Part shown: positions 62,513 to 64,000 of the stretch, piece by piece | Layout of the letters: every line of letters starts with the position of its first letter | How positions within the stretch are numbered: the stretch's first letter is position 1 | Assembly: GCA_002352465.1 (NCBI GenBank) | Contig: DEIN01000017.1 | Location: 777 to 64,776 of the forward strand | Length of the DNA stretch: 64,000 bases | From: Patescibacteria group bacterium UBA2773 | GTDB lineage: Bacteria > Patescibacteriota > Minisyncoccia > Moranbacterales > DUUL01 | Direction of reading: 5' to 3' | Made by a program: the position numbers and the translations under genes | Notes under the pieces: generated by a model | The model's input: the letters and a program-made list of their open reading frames with translations, nothing else | The model's database searches: none | What the model was told of the DNA's origin: nothing

Positions 62513-62744
62513 AAAATAAAAATCAATTTATTGGAAGAAATTTCTATGAATTGATTGAGTAGATAAGATTAGAGGCTCTGAGCAAATCGTTGTTCGGAGT
62601 CTTTTTTAATAGCTAGGTATTTTCTTGAGGGTATCTAAAAGTGATTTTTAGTGCAATCTTTTAGAAACAAAATCGTAATAAAAAATGTCGACGATAAAGA
62701 ATGTTTTAAAACAATTTTATTAAATAATTATTAAAATTAAAAAA

Positions 62745-63134
62745 ATGAAAATTTTAAACAAGAAACAATTAGGAATGTTAGCTTTGAGCGTTTTGGCCTT
62801 AGGAAGTGTTGGTTATTCGGTTAACGCTTATCAAGGAGATTATTCTCAAAAAGGACCAAATTATTCTAAGGAACGACATAATAATATGACTAAAGCTTTT
62901 ACGGAGAATAATTATAATGCTTGGAAAGAATTGATGAACGGAAGAGGTCGAGTAACTGAAGTTATTAATGAGAGCAATTTTGCTCAATTTGCAGAAGCTC
63001 ATCGATTAGGTTCTGCTGGAGACGTTGAAGGTGCTAGGGCTATTCGGTCAGAACTTGGACTTCAAAACGGTAATGGCGAAAAAATGGGTTCAGGTTATGG
63101 TAGAGGAAATGGGGAAAACAGAATGAATAAATAA
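62745..63134 (+). CDS. Small secreted hypothetical protein (signal peptide, G/N-rich C-terminus)
   Basis: N-terminal MKILNKKQLGMLALSVLALGSVGYSVNA is signal-like. Confidence 0.45.
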   Translation: MKILNKKQLGMLALSVLALGSVGYSVNAYQGDYSQKGPNYSKERHNNMTKAFTENNYNAWKELMNGRGRVTEVINESNFAQFAEAHRLGSAGDVEGARAIRSELGLQNGNGEKMGSGYGRGNGENRMNK

Positions 63135-63329
63135 TTTTTTAAAAAATAAAAAGTTCTGTGAAAAAGAGGCGAAAGCCTCTTTTTTGTATTGAAGATGATT
63201 TTTAAATATTGTTCTGGTAGTTAATGAAAGTGGTGTTATAATTGAAGTTAAGGAAATTTTAATTTAAATAAAAGTCTTATTTTTAATTGTAGAAAAGGAG
63301 ATAGTTGAAAATAATTCTATGGAATAAAA

Positions 63330-64000
63330 ATGTTAGAAATATTTTTGTGGGGTGGGGTTTTCGTGCTTAGTTTGTGGCTTTTATTGAAAGCTTCAGATTA
63401 TTTTACTGATTCGGCTGAAAAGATTGGATTGTTTTTCAAGTTGCCGACTTTTGTAATCGGAGTGACGATTGTGGCTTTGGGGACTTCATTGCCAGAATTG
63501 GTTTCTTCTGTCTGGGCAGTACTTCAAGGTTATTCTGAGATTGTGGCGGGAAATGTGGTGGGTTCAAATATCACTAATATTTTTTTGATCTTAGGGATTA
63601 CGGTCATTGCTTCAACTAGGAGTAAATTTATTCGCAATACGGTTAATCTTGATACTCAAATTCTTTTGGGGGCGACTTTTCTAATTTCGCTTTCAATGCT
63701 TGATCAAAAGTTTACCTTTTTTGAAGGAGTTTTATGTGTTTTAGGGTTAGGCATTTTTTTGTATCATACAATGGTTTCGAAGCACGGAACCAAAAAAGAA
63801 GAAAAAAAATTAGATAAAGAAGTGAAAGAAGAAATGAAAAATGATGAAATTAATAAAGTTAATAAGTTTCCAGTTAAGGATTTTTTAATTTTAGTAATTA
63901 GTTCATTTTTTATATTTTTGGGAGCTAAATATACAATTGATTCGGTAGTTTATTTTTCAAATTTAATTCAAATCGGAAAGGATATCATTGCGGCTAGTGT
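63330..64000 (+). CDS. Ca2+/cation antiporter (CaCA family, YrbG-like), 3' end beyond the window
   Basis: Translation from the ATG at 63330 gives ..GTSLPELVSSV..GNVVGSNITNIFLILG.. (alpha-1 repeat). There is no stop before the window end. Confidence 0.65.
   Translation, partial: MLEIFLWGGVFVLSLWLLLKASDYFTDSAEKIGLFFKLPTFVIGVTIVALGTSLPELVSSVWAVLQGYSEIVAGNVVGSNITNIFLILGITVIASTRSKFIRNTVNLDTQILLGATFLISLSMLDQKFTFFEGVLCVLGLGIFLYHTMVSKHGTKKEEKKLDKEVKEEMKNDEINKVNKFPVKDFLILVISSFFIFLGAKYTIDSVVYFSNLIQIGKDIIAAS

Overview
This is a 64-kb AT-rich window from a compact bacterial genome with GGAGG-type ribosome-binding sites. The gene content, the many small hypothetical ORFs, the hinge-less short SMC, RtcB, and a ThrRS lacking its N-terminal domain suggest a reduced-genome uncultivated lineage (CPR/Patescibacteria-like). 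That lineage assignment is inference only. In order along the window:

- **Housekeeping start:** rpoB (5' partial), rpoC, rpsT, ruvA.
- **Peptidoglycan pair:** a FemAB-family protein and a MurE-like Mur ligase.
- **Minus-strand envelope/glycan cluster (~11.8–25.9 kb):** an AI-2E transporter, a Wzx-like flippase, a Tmk-like kinase, an RtcB RNA ligase, two GT4 and one GT2 glycosyltransferases, a 13-TM membrane protein, a UDP-sugar dehydrogenase, and a 749-aa membrane-anchored protein.
- **Unusual plus-strand cluster (26.2–31.8 kb):** two small membrane proteins, a 7TM protein, and four tandem RimK-like ATP-grasp ligases, the first fused to a retropepsin-like (DTGA) domain. The class A PBP follows directly.
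- **Middle section:** mscL, a pentapeptide-repeat protein, tRNA-Lys(UUU) with repeated copies of its 3' end, a 59-aa AbrB/SpoVT-like protein behind a triple TTACGTAA palindromic operator, and eno.
- **priA-def-fmt operon** and a LigB-fold protein.
- **nrdR-nrdD:** a consensus promoter and NrdR box, with nrdD split so that the Zn-ribbon/glycyl-radical module sits in a separate 78-aa ORF.
- **rnc, a compact SMC-like protein, rsmI.**
- **Accessory-looking block (52.5–56.6 kb):** a P-loop ATPase frameshifted in an A9 tract, three small ORFs, and a 7–8x ~30-aa tandem-repeat protein. These share a 36-bp perfect direct repeat in their promoter regions.
- **End of window:** a MiaB-like MTTase carrying an in-frame copy of a 24–31-bp hairpin repeat, thrS preceded by a T-box riboswitch leader, a DedA-family protein, hypotheticals, and a 3'-partial CaCA antiporter.

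Two dispersed intergenic repeat families are present. The first is a ~100–130-bp REP/MITE-like element, in six copies, with a hairpin showing compensatory stem changes; its five full copies each sit directly 3' of a plus-strand gene. The second is an AT-rich ATTGAAAATTGA-type tandem motif. No CRISPR arrays, rRNA genes, transposases or integrases were seen.
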